Below are positions 12,525 through 33,500 of a stretch of DNA of 64,000 nucleotides, one piece after another. The stretch covers positions 6,564,299 to 6,628,298 of the forward strand of contig NW_002060943.1 in the NCBI RefSeq assembly GCF_000150275.1. Reading direction: 5' to 3'. The stretch comes from Trichoplax adhaerens. Its lineage: Eukaryota; Animalia; Placozoa. Every line of letters starts with the position of its first letter. Positions within the stretch are counted from its first letter, which is position 1. A program made the translations under genes and the position numbers. The notes beneath the pieces are model-generated. The model had not been told where the DNA came from. It saw only the letters and a program-made list of their open reading frames with translations, and searched no databases.

Positions 12525-15500
12525 CTAAAACAGTTGACTTTCCAGGTGGCCCTACGAAGAAGGATTATAACAGCAATCAAAAATTGATATAATAACAAAG
12601 TTTGCATCAACTGAATCCTACACATTAAAAGAATGGATCTTTATTGTAGCAATTGTCTGAAAATAGAATTATCCTATTCTACTATGATTTGGGCTTCTAC
12701 CTTAACTGCTGCACCAACATTATTAATATCTAATAGGAAAGTGTCATGACCATATATCGAGTTCAGTTCATAATAAGTAACTTTTTGATTGCCTAATATT
12801 TTAAGGAGAGACCAATCCGTGAATTTTTGTTTGTTAAATTTGAGATAAAACTAGTCTTACCCGCTTGTTTAAGTAAATCCGCAATTTCGGTCTGTTGCTG
12901 TATAGGAAATAGAATATCTGTTTTCACGCCGATAACCTATAGACAATACGTTTCGCAACAAATATGCGTTAATAAACTGCTGTTTAAGAAAATATATATA
13001 AAAAAAATGATAGATAGTCGGAAAACTAACAAGGGTAGGACAAATAATTCGTTTTACTCCTTCAACCATTGAAGGAAAGCCTTCTCCAATGTCAAACAGA
13101 TCAATTGCCTAATTTATTAATGGTGTTAATTAAGATAACAGATTAATACTTATATCAGACTCAATGTGACTATTAAATCATTTTCCAAACCTTGGATAGA
13201 TATAATAGAGTATTCGGATCATAAGTAAGAGAAAATTTTTCCCCCTAATTATACGTTAGCGCAAAGAGACAGTTACCATTAGATTATCAGTAAATAAAAT
13301 GATACCCTATCAAATACGCTAAGGTATTATTCGTACTTGATGTTCTATGTATTCTTCAATTTCAAATTGCGGGCAAAAGCTGGGTTCCTCAGTTCTCTTC
13401 CTATGACCGAAGCGAGTTTCCCACTCAGGTCCACTACGATATCCGATAGTACCAATCTCTCTATATAGCATATCCACATAGCAATTTAAGTATCAGGATA
13501 ACAAATACGTATACTGATATACTATTATTATTACTATCATGTCTTCAAGTAACGCTTAAAATACACTCCATACCTTGCTAATTTCATTCCTCTTTTAGGA
13601 AAGATTCCATTGTAATAATAGCCGCTATTCCAGTTTGGATCTGTCATTAAAACACGTCGTTGAAGGTAACGTAGGGCAATAGCTGTAGGTGTCGGTTTAA
13701 CACAACCAGAAATGCTAATAATTCTACAGTAATTAAAAACAGTATAATAATTAAATATTAGCTTTCAGCACTACCATGGACTTTTAGAGTAAACCTATAA
13801 ACTATATCAGTTACGGTAATTTTTCTCATCTACGATGCAAACGCTATGATTGTAAAAATAGTATAATTATTAAATGCTAGCTCTTAGCTCTGCTATGGAT
13901 TTTTAGAGTAAATCTACGAGTTATATCAGTAGCTATGATTCTTTTCATCTACAATGTCCATGCTATGATTGTGATTTTATTGACCTGTTAACACGATCCG
14001 AATATAACGCAGCTGTAGCAAGAGCCTGCATTCCTCCCATTGATGAACCAACCGCAGCATGAATCTGTAATGCAACATATCGTCATTTTATAAGTCCATA
14101 AGCGAAATCAATTTTGCTTGATTATTAATATCTTAAACATAAGAGTGTATCGATTTGAAATTCCTACCTTATTTATTCCTAAGTGATCTAATAATAAAAA
14201 TTGCGCTCGGATAGCATCAGGAATTGTTACAATAGGGAAGGTAGTTGCATAATGCTGTAAAAATAGTTATGACCGTAAGATATAACTTGGATTGTTTATT
14301 GCAATTAGAAAGGATAATAACATACAGAATCTGTGATTGGATTGATAGAAGAAGGCCCTCTAAACGAATAGATAGAGAAAAATTGAATTTATTGGACTAT
14401 GTTACCATCATCGACAGACGAATTGAATTATTTATTCGCCTCTACATTTTGTAGGTTTATCAGTTATACATCTCTGATAATGTTAGTTCACTCAGTTAAC
14501 TGAGGAAGATTATGACTAACCAGTATATATGATGCAATGGGCAATAAATCACAGTCTGAGCTATATGACTTACGTTGATCCGAAACATCCACCCAACAAG
14601 TTAGTGCAAATAACAAAGAATTTGTTTGTATCGACAGCTTTTCCAGGTCCGATAAAATCTTCCCACCAGCCGGGCCGTCGATTTTTCTTCAGTATTCATA
14701 ATTATAAAATGATATAGAATGAATGAATCCTACGTTAACGATGGATATTAGGAAGCTCCATTCGGTATACACTGCCAGAAAGCTTGCAATACCTTAAATT
14801 CAGCGCTGAATAGACAATTGATTAACAAACAAAGCAAACTTACCTCAGTACTTCTGGCATGTGAGGAGGCGGAAATGCCAGTTTGCAGTAAAACTGTATT
14901 ATCTTTACGTTCATTGAGTGTGCCCCAAGTCTCGTAAGCAATTTGCATTTTGGGTAGGACGCCATGTTTTAGCTTAAATACGTTGTCGTAGCGAAAAACC
15001 TCGTAACCATCGTGTAGTTGCTCGTAGTTAGGTTCCGGGCCGGGCGCAAATCTTGACAGCGTATAAAAGAAGGGGAAATTAATGATATGCCATTAGTACG
15101 AGTGCTTTATTTACAAGCTCTATGAACACTGGAATATGTTATCGATAATTCTAATAAGAAGCAAAGTTTTAGAAGTTTATGCACAAGTAATCTAGCAAGA
15201 TTGAACCATTGATGACTGCCATATATTGTTAGCTGGTATAAATATAGTAAGCGCAGTAGAATGAGACAGGAATGCTGAGCTAGACCACGTCAATTCAAGT
15301 CGGCGTCCATAAGAGTAGAATATCAAAGATTGATATGCGCTAGGAAACTTGTCGGTTTAAATCTACAATAGTTATAAGAGCTACTAATTGCTGTAAGTTA
15401 GAGACTAGAGTACGTAAATCAAAGTCGGTATTACATAATATTAGAATAGCAAAAGATACCAGTATCTTCTAGGTAAGTAGTAACTTTAAAGAATTAATTA

Positions 15501-16402
15501 TGCTGCATTTATATATATATGGTTGATACGTACTAAGTAAATTGTCACTTTACTGCAAGACTAATTATTGTTAGAGTCATTTTACTACTCGAAAGAAATC
15601 GTCCAAGCAGTGTCAAAAGGAAAGAGTTTCTCCAATTGCCGGGAGAAATTGCAGATGGAAGTCATAGCAACAAAAAGATTGCATCATCATTCTGCAGTAA
15701 TTTTTTTTTTTGATGAGAGGAAGAGTTTAAACAAGTAGACTATGGTATTTCAAGCAGTTATGCCTGTCGGTGGCTGCTTTAGAAAACCAGCATCAAATCG
15801 ACAGCAAGCATCCAAATGCATGGAAAGTTATCCAGCTATAATAAATGCCTAGTCAATCAATTCAAAATTTTAAAATCGAAAACGCTTGGTGAGACCTCGT
15901 ATGGCGTACGTATGCCAGCTATGATGTAGACGAGTGGCAAAATCAGCAGCTGATAAACTGATGATAATAACATTACAAGCCATGATATGCTGTAAAGAGG
16001 GACTAGTCCCTGATAAGACTATCATCCTACTGTATTCAATAGGCAAGCTAGCGTTTGATCCATGATGTCAGGATAAACATTTGCTACGATGAAAATAATC
16101 CTTAACAAAGTCATTTTTTTGATGAGTCAATGTCAACTTGTCTCTCTGTACAGTCTGTCATTGGTTAAAAGTTCTACACACCAACATCGATTAGAGACCT
16201 ACTTTTGCAAACAGGGGAAATCACTCGTATTTCCTTCAAATACAGGATCACTTGTATCTAAATGATCTAAAGGAGGTATTTCAACTTGTGGCATATTGAT
16301 AGTTTTCTGATTACAAGTTAAACTAGCCGATCGATGATACCAACGTCTGCAAAATAACGATCGCCATGGATGACGAAATATTGCAGTTCTATAGGCAGCC
16401 AT
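12525..16402 (-). CDS. cys2: Serine O-succinyl/O-acetyltransferase of the MetX alpha/beta-hydrolase family (fungal Cys2/CysA type), probably mitochondrial, ~13 exons
   Basis: Spliced peptides: [25 protein letters not shown] (presequence-like); FPCLQK|FAPGPEPNY; [10 protein letters not shown]...[12 protein letters not shown]; [38 protein letters not shown]; [15 protein letters not shown] (nucleophile elbow); [13 protein letters not shown]; [17 protein letters not shown]; GVKTDILFP (catalytic D); YGHDTFLL (catalytic H); GHLESQLF* (TAG 12527-12525). TGxSASSH and GSSMGG fit the Cys2 type rather than homoserine acyltransferases (HALTG, GGSMGG). Confidence 0.88.
13735..13975. repeat. ~119 bp tandem duplication filling a cys2 intron
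   Basis: AGTATAAT..T(T)AAAT...ATGGA.TTTTAGAGTAAA.CTA...TATATCAGT...TCATCTAC.ATG...GCTATGATTGT occurs twice. Confidence 0.85.
15277..15475. repeat. Diverged ~125 bp duplication in cys2 intron 1
   Basis: CTAGA..ACGT.AAT..AAGTCGG...CATAA...TAGAATA.CAAA...CTAGG at ~15280 and ~15405. Confidence 0.6.
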
Positions 16403-17292
16403 CAAGGAGAATAGTGGAAAGAGAAGATGAACAAGCTGCTTGTATCTCAATGATATTAGGATAATAATGACCAAATCAAGGAAATGAGACCTCAATCGAT
16501 ACTTTGCTCTCTCTATCTGTCTAATCTACTGTCTATCTTCTTCAAATACTGGCTATGGCTTAGCTAGTTGCAGACAAACTCGTCTGGATTTTCCTCTTCT
16601 CTAGTCTCCACTGCAACGATGAAATACGATGACGAATCCACTCCCACCATCAGTCAGTCTGTCCAGCTGGCAATGCATCCGTCAGTGTCAGCATCCTACG
16701 TCAGGTATGATCGCTGTGATGATACGCAAAGCATTATCCGTGACTCATATTGATCTATGGTAGTTGAGGAGCTGGTGGCAATGGTAAAGTTCCAATTTTT
16801 TCCTCTCGTTGGTTAGTCATTTGAACTATGTTGAGACGGAATTTTTACCTTTGAAGTTAGGATCAGGTTAGACTTTAACTCAGAGCATGCAAAAAATGCC
16901 ACATTCACTCACTGAGTTGATTAACCCTGACATGATATGATGCAAAGTGGAGCAGGAGCTGGACGACCAGAAGCTCAGCTCAGGGTGGAGTGAAGTGCGT
17001 ACCTACTGGTACATGCCTCAAGACTGTATCGTTTTCTATAGAAAGGTAGACGATATTTGATCTAGCATGACCATGACACTGCAATTTGTGGGGACAGGCC
17101 GGCACGAGCAGCTCAGTGTGCAAAATAATTGTCACCATGTCAAGCCAGTACGGCTAGGCTTTTAATCAAGACCTAGCCTAAGTGGGCAGTCGTTCACTTT
17201 GCACGTGGTTAGAATACAGTATTAAAAGGTGACCGTGGTGTTACCGCAGCGACCACTTTGATCATTTCAGTCTCGTAGCAGCTTGATGAAAG
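16403..17292. promoter_or_regulatory. Putative bidirectional promoter and 5' UTRs of cys2 and SQOR
   Basis: 890 bp between divergent ATGs, richer in GC than the flanks. Contains TGACTCA (16741), TGATGCAAA (16938), ATGACACTGCA (17073, ARE-like) and CACGTG (17202). Confidence 0.65.
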
Positions 17293-22872
<5,580 letters not shown>

Positions 22873-24557
22873 GACTTGGATTAATTCGTTCTGGAGCAAT
22901 TATTTTGTATTCATAAGTACTGTATATCAAATATAACATGATGATTAGTATAATGCTTAACGGATACACTAATGCAGCTTGCAAGCCTTGCCTATTTTTA
23001 GAGATCAGAACTGTTTCTATACAATCGTACAAGGGAAATGGTATAGAAAGATGTAGTATAACCCATTTTTAATAATGCTCTGGCTAATACTCGCGTTTGT
23101 TGTGTATCTTCTAAGTGACTTATGATAAAAGCATAAAATCGTAAACGGAATATATTGTTTTGTTATCAGTCCTCGAAAAATCGTTACAAATGGTACAATG
23201 AAAATTTTTGATGAAATCACTATTCTAAGGTCAATATGAAATTTAGGCAATAAATGCCACAGCAATATCGGTACATATAATATTGTATCTGACGGACTGT
23301 TTGTATGAGTAGTACATCAAATATGTCGTACAGGAAATCTTGTTCAGTCTTTGATAAACATTGCAAGAAACCGTTGAATAATTTCGTTTACCTAGTAACT
23401 GTGGTACGCGTATTCACGTTATATTAGATCTTACTACGTACAGTATGTTCATTATTGGACGTACACATAACTGGTGTGCGTACCTGGACGTAAATGAATA
23501 GGCCTGCTAGAACTCAAATTCTTTTTCTTCTACAGTTTACATGCCACTATTTAGAAATTAATTCTTACGATCCAGCGTTGCAAAACTTCAAAATAAATGA
23601 TATCTCGCTATTTTTAACTACAAATAACTACTTCACTCGCGACAGTGCAACATTATTACAGGTTGAGAATTGCTTTCCTCGGCTACTCTAAAAATTACTG
23701 ATACTTTCATACAATTCCTACGAATATCTGTACATTTATTATGGAAAATTATATTTCTTACAAGCATAATTAAGAGTAACAATTAAAGCCAAGGGGTTAG
23801 GACTAACATCAATGCTTACACGGCATCAGGTCATAATATTACGCACAGACGCCAATTAAACGCTACTGAGCAGTACAAACAATTCATGTTTACGTTTTTT
23901 TCAATAAAATAGTGGAATAGGGACCAAAGCGAAATAAGGGATGTTTTACTTTATTTTTAAATTTAAGGCATTAATTTGCATGTGACAAATTAATGGTTAA
24001 CGTGATCATTACAGTACAGTATTACATTTTTTTCAAATATAAATGATAATATTACGCAATCTTCAAAAATGAATAAAAAAATAGACTACGATACTTGGAT
24101 ATAAGCTAACTTTTCATAAAAATTTGGGATAATTCTATTCATAAACAGTTACACATAATCACTCACGTGAAATATACATGTGGGCGATTTCGCCAAGTTA
24201 TCTTCATAATTTATTAAATAAAGATATGGATGTAGACGAATGCTACAGTTACTATAATCTATCGTAGCACCTATTTATATTCAAAATCCTATATCGATTT
24301 CACATGCTTCACTCTATGAACTGTATATGTAGAGTGAATACTAAACGACATCGTGTTTCGATTGAGCAAATCCTTGCTAACCTAGAACTAATTTTTATGT
24401 TACCTTGTTGCATGACTAAAACTTATGTTTTCTTCTAATTATTCAAAAATTGTAAATCTATAAAAAAAGAAGGCCGAGCATATCTTAAATATTAGGCATA
24501 ATGGGTACCAGACGCTTTATCGGCCGCCAAAAGTTGTATCCAAAAAAATCTATGGCA

Positions 24558-27500
24558 TTATCCGAAAAGGATATTTCTCCAATCCGTTCCGTGTTTTTGT
24601 GTTGGTGAAATATCACTACCTGTTGCAATGATTAATAAACATAACACATAAACAATACGCAGCGATCAATTTATTGCTGCAGACATTTAAGTAATCAATT
24701 TAGCTTACGATTATCAAGTTCTGGAGATTTGCTTCGATCTCTGTAAGCGAGGAAAAAAGAAAAAATTACAATTTAATTCTAGTTAAAATACATTCAAATC
24801 CAATTAGAAATGATACTCCCAATTTTTCACTTTGACTAACCTAACAGAGACGGAGGTATCTAGATATTGGCTATCATGAGCATTTCGAACTGGCGAACTT
24901 GTATATTCCTAAGTTTAATCATAGTTATGAATAATAATCCACCGTTATGTAAATGATATTTTCTGTTTTACGTCTAAAAGGACATTTCTGGTAACCTTGG
25001 AATCGAACGTGTTGTTGGCAAGCCTGGACGGGAATGAGCTCAACGGAGAAGAAATAACCTGAAATCGAATAAAAATTTATCAAAACCGTAAAGAAATTGT
25101 TAAGATTCATGTTTTAAATTTTTAATACATTAATACTATTAATGTAGTAGGATATAAGTAACCTGATAAGGTTCAATAGCCTGTTGACCGTTGCTCAATT
25201 GACTTTGCAAGAAATTTACTTTCTCCTTATATCTTTGGAGTAAAGATAAAAAATTAGAGAATGTAAATACTTTCTGTAAAATGCTAATTTGCATTTAATG
25301 TTATACAATACTTTAAATATCGATCCTGTATTTTATTCTTTTCCATTTCTGATTCCTTAGATAACAATTCGATTACACAGATTAATACCTTAAATCTACC
25401 AGTAATACCATTAGCCGAGATACATAATTTATATTAATATTGCCTTCTATTTATCCTTTACCTTTAAATCAAATAATTGTCCCAACATATTTTGTTTTTC
25501 AAGTAGATTATTGGTACTGGATTGTAGCGTTCTGGCGTTCTTTAAACATAGATTAGTCGTAACTATTTAGTATTATAAAGAACTGCACCCTAATTTGATC
25601 AGGTCTTCGAAACGGATAAACACTTACTTTCTCTAAGTGCTGTGTCAAGTTGTAGACACGTTCCTATTAATAACATTGAAAGTAAGATTAATGTTGTTTT
25701 TATTGTTACTCAGTAGCCTAGATTTTATATTCCTTACCTGAAGAGAATTTAAGGTATCGCTTCTCTCCTTCTGCTGAGCGACTATAAAGTCATAGAGACG
25801 ATCATACTAGTATTATTTTCCTTGGAAGGAATCTCCATTTTTAAACAATCCTATTTAAGAATTGGCTATACGATACCAGATAATCATACCTAGCTTCTCT
25901 TTAGAAAGTTCCTCAAGCATTGCTTTTTGCTTTTTTAGTTCAGATACCAAATACGCTTTGTCTCTATCACTTTTACGGATAAGTTCCTAATAATTAAAAA
26001 TCAAATTAAAACACTCATCATAATGATATTTAACAATAGCCAAAGGAAGATATCAGAGTATTTATTCTCTATGAGATACTCTGCTATTACAACGAAATTT
26101 ATATGTATCTTAGGACTTCGATATTCTTATGAGATTGTTCAAAAGGCTGCTAATATATCTTAATCTAATATTATATCAATCAATTTTAATAATTGTATCG
26201 AAGTACGCAATGAGTTAATGCATAAAGTCATGCTTACTCGAATCTCGTTTCTTCCTTCTTCAATTACAGATTTTTGTTGATCATCCTGATGACGTTTATT
26301 TTTTATCACTTCTTTTATCCAATGAATTTGGCTCTGATATATATGTACGAATGGGCTAGTCAATTTGATCTCATGTAACTCAAGATTATGAAATATAATC
26401 TAATCGAGATATACTTGTAAAATCGATGACGAGATTTAACAAGAAAATTTTTCGAAAAAAGCGAGTACCTACCGTTACTTCTGAGAGCCATCTATGTGGC
26501 TCGTTCTGTGGATCTGCACCAACAGGTAATAGCTGTTTACGAAATGCATCGTAGTAAAGATACAAGTTAGGTGCAATCTAAGTATGTAGTAAAACTACTT
26601 ACAATGCACTAACAACCCAAGATAAAACCTTACCGGCATGTTAGGATGACTGTCAAAAGTAAGCTGGTCTACTAAGCCTTCCAGTTCGCGAGATAATATC
26701 AAAACAGCATTCTAGAAATAATTGTCGGTTTACCATGACATTACTTCATTATATTCTTACAGTGTACGGACATTCGTAAAAAATTTTACTAATAATATTA
26801 TAAATCGCTATACACTGTACTCGTATATTGAACTTGTATAGATAGTTATGCATACGTCATAGTTTGAAGTCAACTTATGATTTTTTTCTTTGATTTGATT
26901 AATTTCCTCTCTTAATTGTGTTCCACTGCAACAAAAGTTAAGAAAGGTATTGAGTTGATACATATGATTTTGTAATTTTATCAACATATCTACCGTAATG
27001 TGCCTCTTACCTAGCCTCTTCATCTTCTCTTCTAATTTTCTATATCATCAATGAACAGACAATACATATGTTAGAAACATGAAATTCAAATTAGAAATGT
27101 GTTAACTTTCAGGCCATACCTGTTCATCATAATCTTCCTTAAGAACAGAATACATTCGCTTTAATTTACTGTTCTCTTCAATGATCCTATAAAAGTATGT
27201 AAAATACTCCATCAAAAATCCCTTCTTTTAGTTAGTAATACTTAAAGATCTTCATAAATACCAGCTTAGTTCAGCTGTGATTCGCTCATATTCTTCTCTC
27301 TCCTTGGCTTGCTGTCGGCGAAGGGCCTTAACAGTTGCATGTTCATCTGCTAACTGAAGCTGAAGGTAAATAAAAGTTACGTAAGTTTAGCAATATATCT
27401 TATCAGAATAATATGTACTATAGTCATGCAAGCTTTTACCTTTAACGATGAAATCTCAGAGTCTAATTGAAGTTTCTCATCTTTAGCATCATTAAATATT

Positions 27501-30500
27501 TCTTGTAATTTTTGCTCGGCCGCCATCTATTTTTAATCCAATAATAAAGCTATTTACTTAAAATTTATACAAATGACTAGACTTTCAAAATAATTTACAA
27601 AATTACATTGGTTAGTTCAATTTGTTGTTCAAGTTCCTTAGTTTTACGATTACTTTCCTCCTTTTCCTGAAATTCGAGTGGTTTATAAATCAATGAAAGA
27701 TCAATCTCAAACTATTTCCAAATTTTCTAGCTAAATAAGTAAGTGATTAATTGTTGTTCATTGCTGATATTCTAGGCGAGAATAAGTCTTTCAATTTCTT
27801 CATTATCTTATGAATTTGAAGATAAAAAGTATCAAAGTGCCGATGGTCATGCCTAGCAATAGAATTGCTATACCTGTTGTAGGCTTTTAATGACTTGCGT
27901 ATTTTCTTCTCTTATAGTTGCTTCTTGTTGCTTCATTTCTGCTAACGTTAGCTTCAGTTCCTATTAACGCAATATTTAATTTTAATTAATTTTTTATTTT
28001 TCAAAGCTTTTTAAGTGATGACTAGCTGTATCTGTAAATACACCTGTCGATGGTTCAGTTGGAAATTAGTACTTTACAAGCAGTGTCATTATTCATGGAC
28101 TAAAGTTTTCTTATTTAACATACACAGTATCAAATTTAAAATATAGGCTCAGCACATACTTGCTTTTGTGAAGCTTCATCCGTTAATTGTGAATTTAAAT
28201 GAGATAGTTTACTTTTAAGATCAACAATAGTGACCTAAATAATGAAGTTAACTCGATAAGTCTACCAATGATTACGCTTGTATATTTCAAATGTAAATAG
28301 TACATGCATATTTGATTGTAAGTTAATATCTCATGTTTTTTATTAAATTACCTTTTGATCTCCAACAATTACTTCTAAGTCCTTAATCTGCTTTTCGACT
28401 ATTCTACGTGCATCCTATTCATTACGATAATATAATATAATAAAATATACAAAATACCTTGGCAAATTGAAAATTTCTTGTCGCAAAATTAATATTTGAA
28501 TTATTAAATTATTGGTTTCTTCATTACTTCTAAACGTTTAACTTCTTGCTTTTTCTCATCTTTAATTTCTGCAATTTGCTATAGATATATATTAAAAGAT
28601 TCCGTTGATATTAAAGGTTTCACCATCGTAATGTTTTTTACGCCGTTTACAGACCGAAAAAATTCTTACCTCCTTCAAGTGTACTTCTTCCTGCTGAGCA
28701 TTATTTAATCGTTCTTCAAATAATTTAACTTCACTATTTAGCTAACAACAAATGATAATACATATCAAAACTTTGTCAAGCCTTCACATGAGCTAAATAG
28801 AAAATATAAATTTTCTTCGATATTACGAAATAATGTGATATTAACCTTCTCAACTCGTAGCTGTGACTGTCTGATTTCTTGGCTTAATTTGCTATTCGCC
28901 TGCCGTTCCTGATTAACCTTTGCATATAAAATTAAAATGAAGTTGCAATTTTTGGTGTTTCAGCTATTACTGAATTGGTGACGGTAAGTCAAGCTGATGG
29001 CATAACAGAGTTGTAAAAGATTTTACATAATACACACGCAAATGATTTAACTTCGTACTAAAGTTATATTCTTGACTAACACTAATTTGGAGTGTGCTTC
29101 TATATAATTATAATGACGTAATTGTTACATGCTGATTTAATTATATTGTTATCGAATAAGGGATTTTATATAAGTTATTCTTTACCACAATAAGCTGGCG
29201 TGTGCTACCTGTAAATTAGACCGACGACAATTGCTACATTGCTGATCTAATTATATTGCTGTCGTATGAGTAAAGAAACTGTAGGTTATTCTATGCCATT
29301 ATTACCTGCTCTTTAGAACTTTGCAAATCCTCTTCATGTTTGATAACACGTTCTTCTAGCTTTTCTCGCTCGGTCTTAAAGTAAGCGTAGTTTGATTGTT
29401 AATTTGTTGTAATATACTGGTGTAAAGTATGTAACTTATATCCATGTGATAGCAGTTTTAGTTATTTATGATCATTCAATATTTTTATACTGTACCAAAA
29501 GTTGAGATATTTCATGGTGCATTTTTTCTATCTCATCTGCGTCTATTTAGAGTTTCATAATAGTGTGTTAAATATATTAAATATTTTCAATATAGATGGA
29601 TTGAATTGCACGAATTCAATTTTGTATTATATTACCTTGTTGTATCATCACAGAATATATTAGTAAAATACTGCTAACTATCCGTCATAATAATGAATAA
29701 TTATAGCTTTGATTTAATGCAAAATATAGTAATTTTATTAATTAATATCGTGTTTTTGTTTTAAAGACTTCATGATTGCTTGATGGAATTGTTTATACAC
29801 TAAATCTATGCTTATATTCTAGCCTATTACCTACAGCTTACCTTCAGTTGATTGAGATTTTAATAGTTCATACTCCTTGATAATGTTATCTTTGCGTTTC
29901 TATATAGCGTTAGTTGTTAGAAAGCTCGTGTTAGCATATATTTAGAAGGTCAGTGTTAGGATTACATTAGTAATTTTTAAGTTAAGAATTAACGTTAGGG
30001 TTAGGTAGCAAATAATAAATTACCTGTTCATGCTCTAATGCATACTGCACTTGTAACATATCTTTTTCTAAATTTTTATATTTTACTCTTAATCTAGCGA
30101 ATATAAACACAATTAATTGAGATGCGGTAATAGAAATAAAATTTTGTCCATCAACTGATCATTTAATATTTATGAGCAGCCAAACAAAACATTCCCTTTC
30201 AACACCCATCAAAATTAACGTAAATAAGAGAATACTTAATCGATGTAGTTATATGATCAGAGTGATTCACTCATCAGAAATTCAAATAAATATTTCTCTT
30301 TGAATAAATTAACATTTAGCAACCACAATTTCAATTCATCAGATTGGTATAATTAATCACAAGATGATATCTAACACTGTTTTTTAAAGAATACAATAGA
30401 AATTTATAAGCAGCATCATATTTGTATAACTTATATATTTCCATACGATAATAATCCTATCACAAGAAGCGATACGAAAGTGAAGGCAACCAAAAATTAT

Positions 30501-33500
30501 TTGTAATGCGTTGTTATGATCTTGAAACGTACTGTTTTTGAATTTCCGCTGATTTTTCTTTTAATGCCCCATATTCGTCATTTTTATCTGAATTGCGTTG
30601 TTCGGCTTGGCGTAATTCTTCGGTTAATGTTTTTACTTCAGCATTAGTATCCTTGATACGCTTTAACGCTTTCTCTAGTTGTTTAATCAAATCTTGTCGT
30701 TGATCTTCACCCAACTCTATTCTATGATTTAATTCATTTAACTGATGTAATAACTTTTCATTTTTTTTATCCTTCTCATTAAGATCTAACTGAAGTTGAT
30801 CAATATGACGTGATAGCTGCGATAATTTCTCTTCTTTTTTATCTAGCATTTGTTGCATTTGATCTTTCTCTGAAATCAGCCTTTCATTCATTGTTTCTAA
30901 CTTAGCAATCTACATTGAATATTTTACAAGAACTGATTAGCTTACTACAGATGCACAGATTCGTAGATTAAGTAGCGTGCAACAATATTTAAAGAAAAAT
31001 TTTATAATTTATTACAAATCCTACTAATTCGATAGCATTTTCAACAAATACCTTTTTACTCAAGTTAGTATTTTCTATTTGATATAATTCTTTATCTTTA
31101 TCAATCCTTTCCTGATCGATCTCCAATTTATGAACCTGCGCTTGAAGTAATTCAACACGATTTTCTAGCTTTTCTTTCAGAAGGTTAACTTGATTATACT
31201 TGTTCTTAATATCCTCCAATTTATTGATCAGGTTATCACGTGATAATTCACTATCATCATATCTCTTGTTGACATTATCAAGTTGTTCAATTAGCTTTAT
31301 CTTCTCCGCATCCAGTCGAGCTAATTTAGTACGTAAATCACTGATCTGCATACATAAAAATCATAATAACTATTCTATTTATACATGATTCTACCATTAT
31401 CCTTACAGCACTTGTTGTAAAAATGTTAGTAAAGTCATATATTGTATCCCCCATGCCAGACGTTAACTGAATAAAGTTTCTACATCGAATTTAAAGGCAA
31501 AATTTTGGCTATACTAGTATGCAATAAATTTTCAGCCTACCTGTTCCAGTAACGATATTTTACTAGTTTCCGTTTTGTCCAACTTTTCTATCGTTGTTTC
31601 CAACTTGCTAGCAGTACTTTCTAACTCACTTGTAACCTATGCCAGTTAACACAAGAAATATCGCGTTATATTTTAACTTATATATTTCATAAATCATTAT
31701 ATTTTTATTTTTCACACTAAGACTTAAACCTTTTGCTTTTCGTGCTCTGATTCAACAATTTGTTTGTTTAATTTATCAAGATACGTTTTCAATTGTTGCT
31801 GTTCCGTACGGCTGCTCTCCAAAGCTTGACGTTCCTTTGCTAGCTCTCTAATCTCAGTAAAAAATTTGTTACTATATTAACTGCAAATACTCTCATAAAA
31901 AGCTAACATAATTGTTTAAATTATGCACTACTAGGAAATGAACTATACTTAAGGTATAAAAAGAATAATAGATTGCTACTAAAATCAAACAATCAGGTAG
32001 AGACAAAGTGTAGGTACTTGATTACAGATCAAAAGCGCACATTTATTAACTTAATAAATAATGACAATATTGTAGCACGAAATCTTATCAATTCAATCAT
32101 GAGTACAAGTAATAATTAAATTTAAACAGATTACGGAAAGCGATCGAAATCATAACGCAAAGAAATGAAAGAAATTTTTATATACGATCATACTCTGTAA
32201 CGTCAGCGATTTCACTTCTTAATTTTTTGGCATGCATTCTATGTTGATTCTCCTCTACATTAAATAAATAAGAACACAACATAAAAACAAAGAGAAAAAT
32301 ATTTTTTGGCGAATCAAATAAGCAACATTGTTAATAAATGACAGCGGAAGTTAAGCTACGAAAATGTAAATCACTTTTAATACCTTTATCATGCTCCCAT
32401 TCTCTTTGTGAGAGTGAACTCTATGTAACAATACCACGTAAGTAAAAAACATAAAGTACAGCAGCATAAGTAATCTACGCGTATTTGATCAAGACTGAAA
32501 TGGTTTTTCTATCATCTAACTTGTGTATTTTTTAATTCTGTCGATAGTAGTAGAATTTCTTCCTTCTTCTTTTGCAACTCATTTCTGTCTTTACTCATCT
32601 ATAATAGTAACAATACATGTTCATTACATGTCCGCCTAGAAATCATACAAACTCTGAACAAGTCTCAATCAGTGCATGGATATCGTATATTATATTGCAC
32701 TACATGACATATATACTATGCATAAATACGAATTATTACCTCATCTTGTATGTTGTGTAGCTTTTTCTCAACAGAAAGGGTGAATTTGGCTTGACTTGTT
32801 TTTAATTGCCCATTCTGTCTAGTTGCCTCATGCAACTACATAGCAGATAAAAGTGTAAAAGTGTTAAGTGCATTGTATGCGTAATAAAAGGTGTAGATTA
32901 TATCATAGATATAAAAAAAGTATGTTATGATAATGTGTCGGTAAAGTAGTCTTAGCATGCAAACTTACATCTTCTTTCAATGAATTTATCTCAACTTCGC
33001 GGGTTTTTGCTATACGGCGACTCTCTTCTAAAGCCGCTTGCTCTCTCTCCAATTCCTGCAATCCATATGTAAGTGGTTATAAGTACTAAGTACTTTTAAT
33101 TCTATTGTAACAACATTGGTTAATAGGAAAAACTTAGTTTCCAACTTTAGATCCTATACCTTTGTCAATGCAGCCGTTTTTGCTCTACTATCTTCTTCGA
33201 TACGTCTTAATTCATCTAGAATATGACTCCTAAAAATCACTTAATGACATTAATAATAACTAATAGTCAATACTATCTATAGTAACAAAATACAGCTTGC
33301 ATACCTTTCCAGTTCTACTTCTCTATTCTTTTTAAAACTTTCTCTCTCAGTATCCAAAGAACGGCGCAATTCATCTAAAGATAAACAACAAACTGTTAAT
33401 ATCGTTTAATTCTTAAAAAATTATTACTCGGAGTAATTTTTTTGTTTTATGTTGACCTCCATAGCTACGCATGGACTGTTGTAGTGTATTTTCCAAGTTA

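Noticed and set aside
12525-16402. Annotation as homoserine O-acetyltransferase (Met2/MetX) or as bacterial contamination
   Set aside because: Diagnostic motifs are Cys2-type and the gene has many canonical introns.
16403-16495. Upstream extension of cys2 exon 1 (MRSHFLDLV...)
   Set aside because: It starts at a TTG codon; the ATG at 16402 gives a plausible mitochondrial presequence.
29995-30005. TTAGGGTTAGG telomere-like stretch
   Set aside because: Fewer than two full units within an intron; expected by chance.
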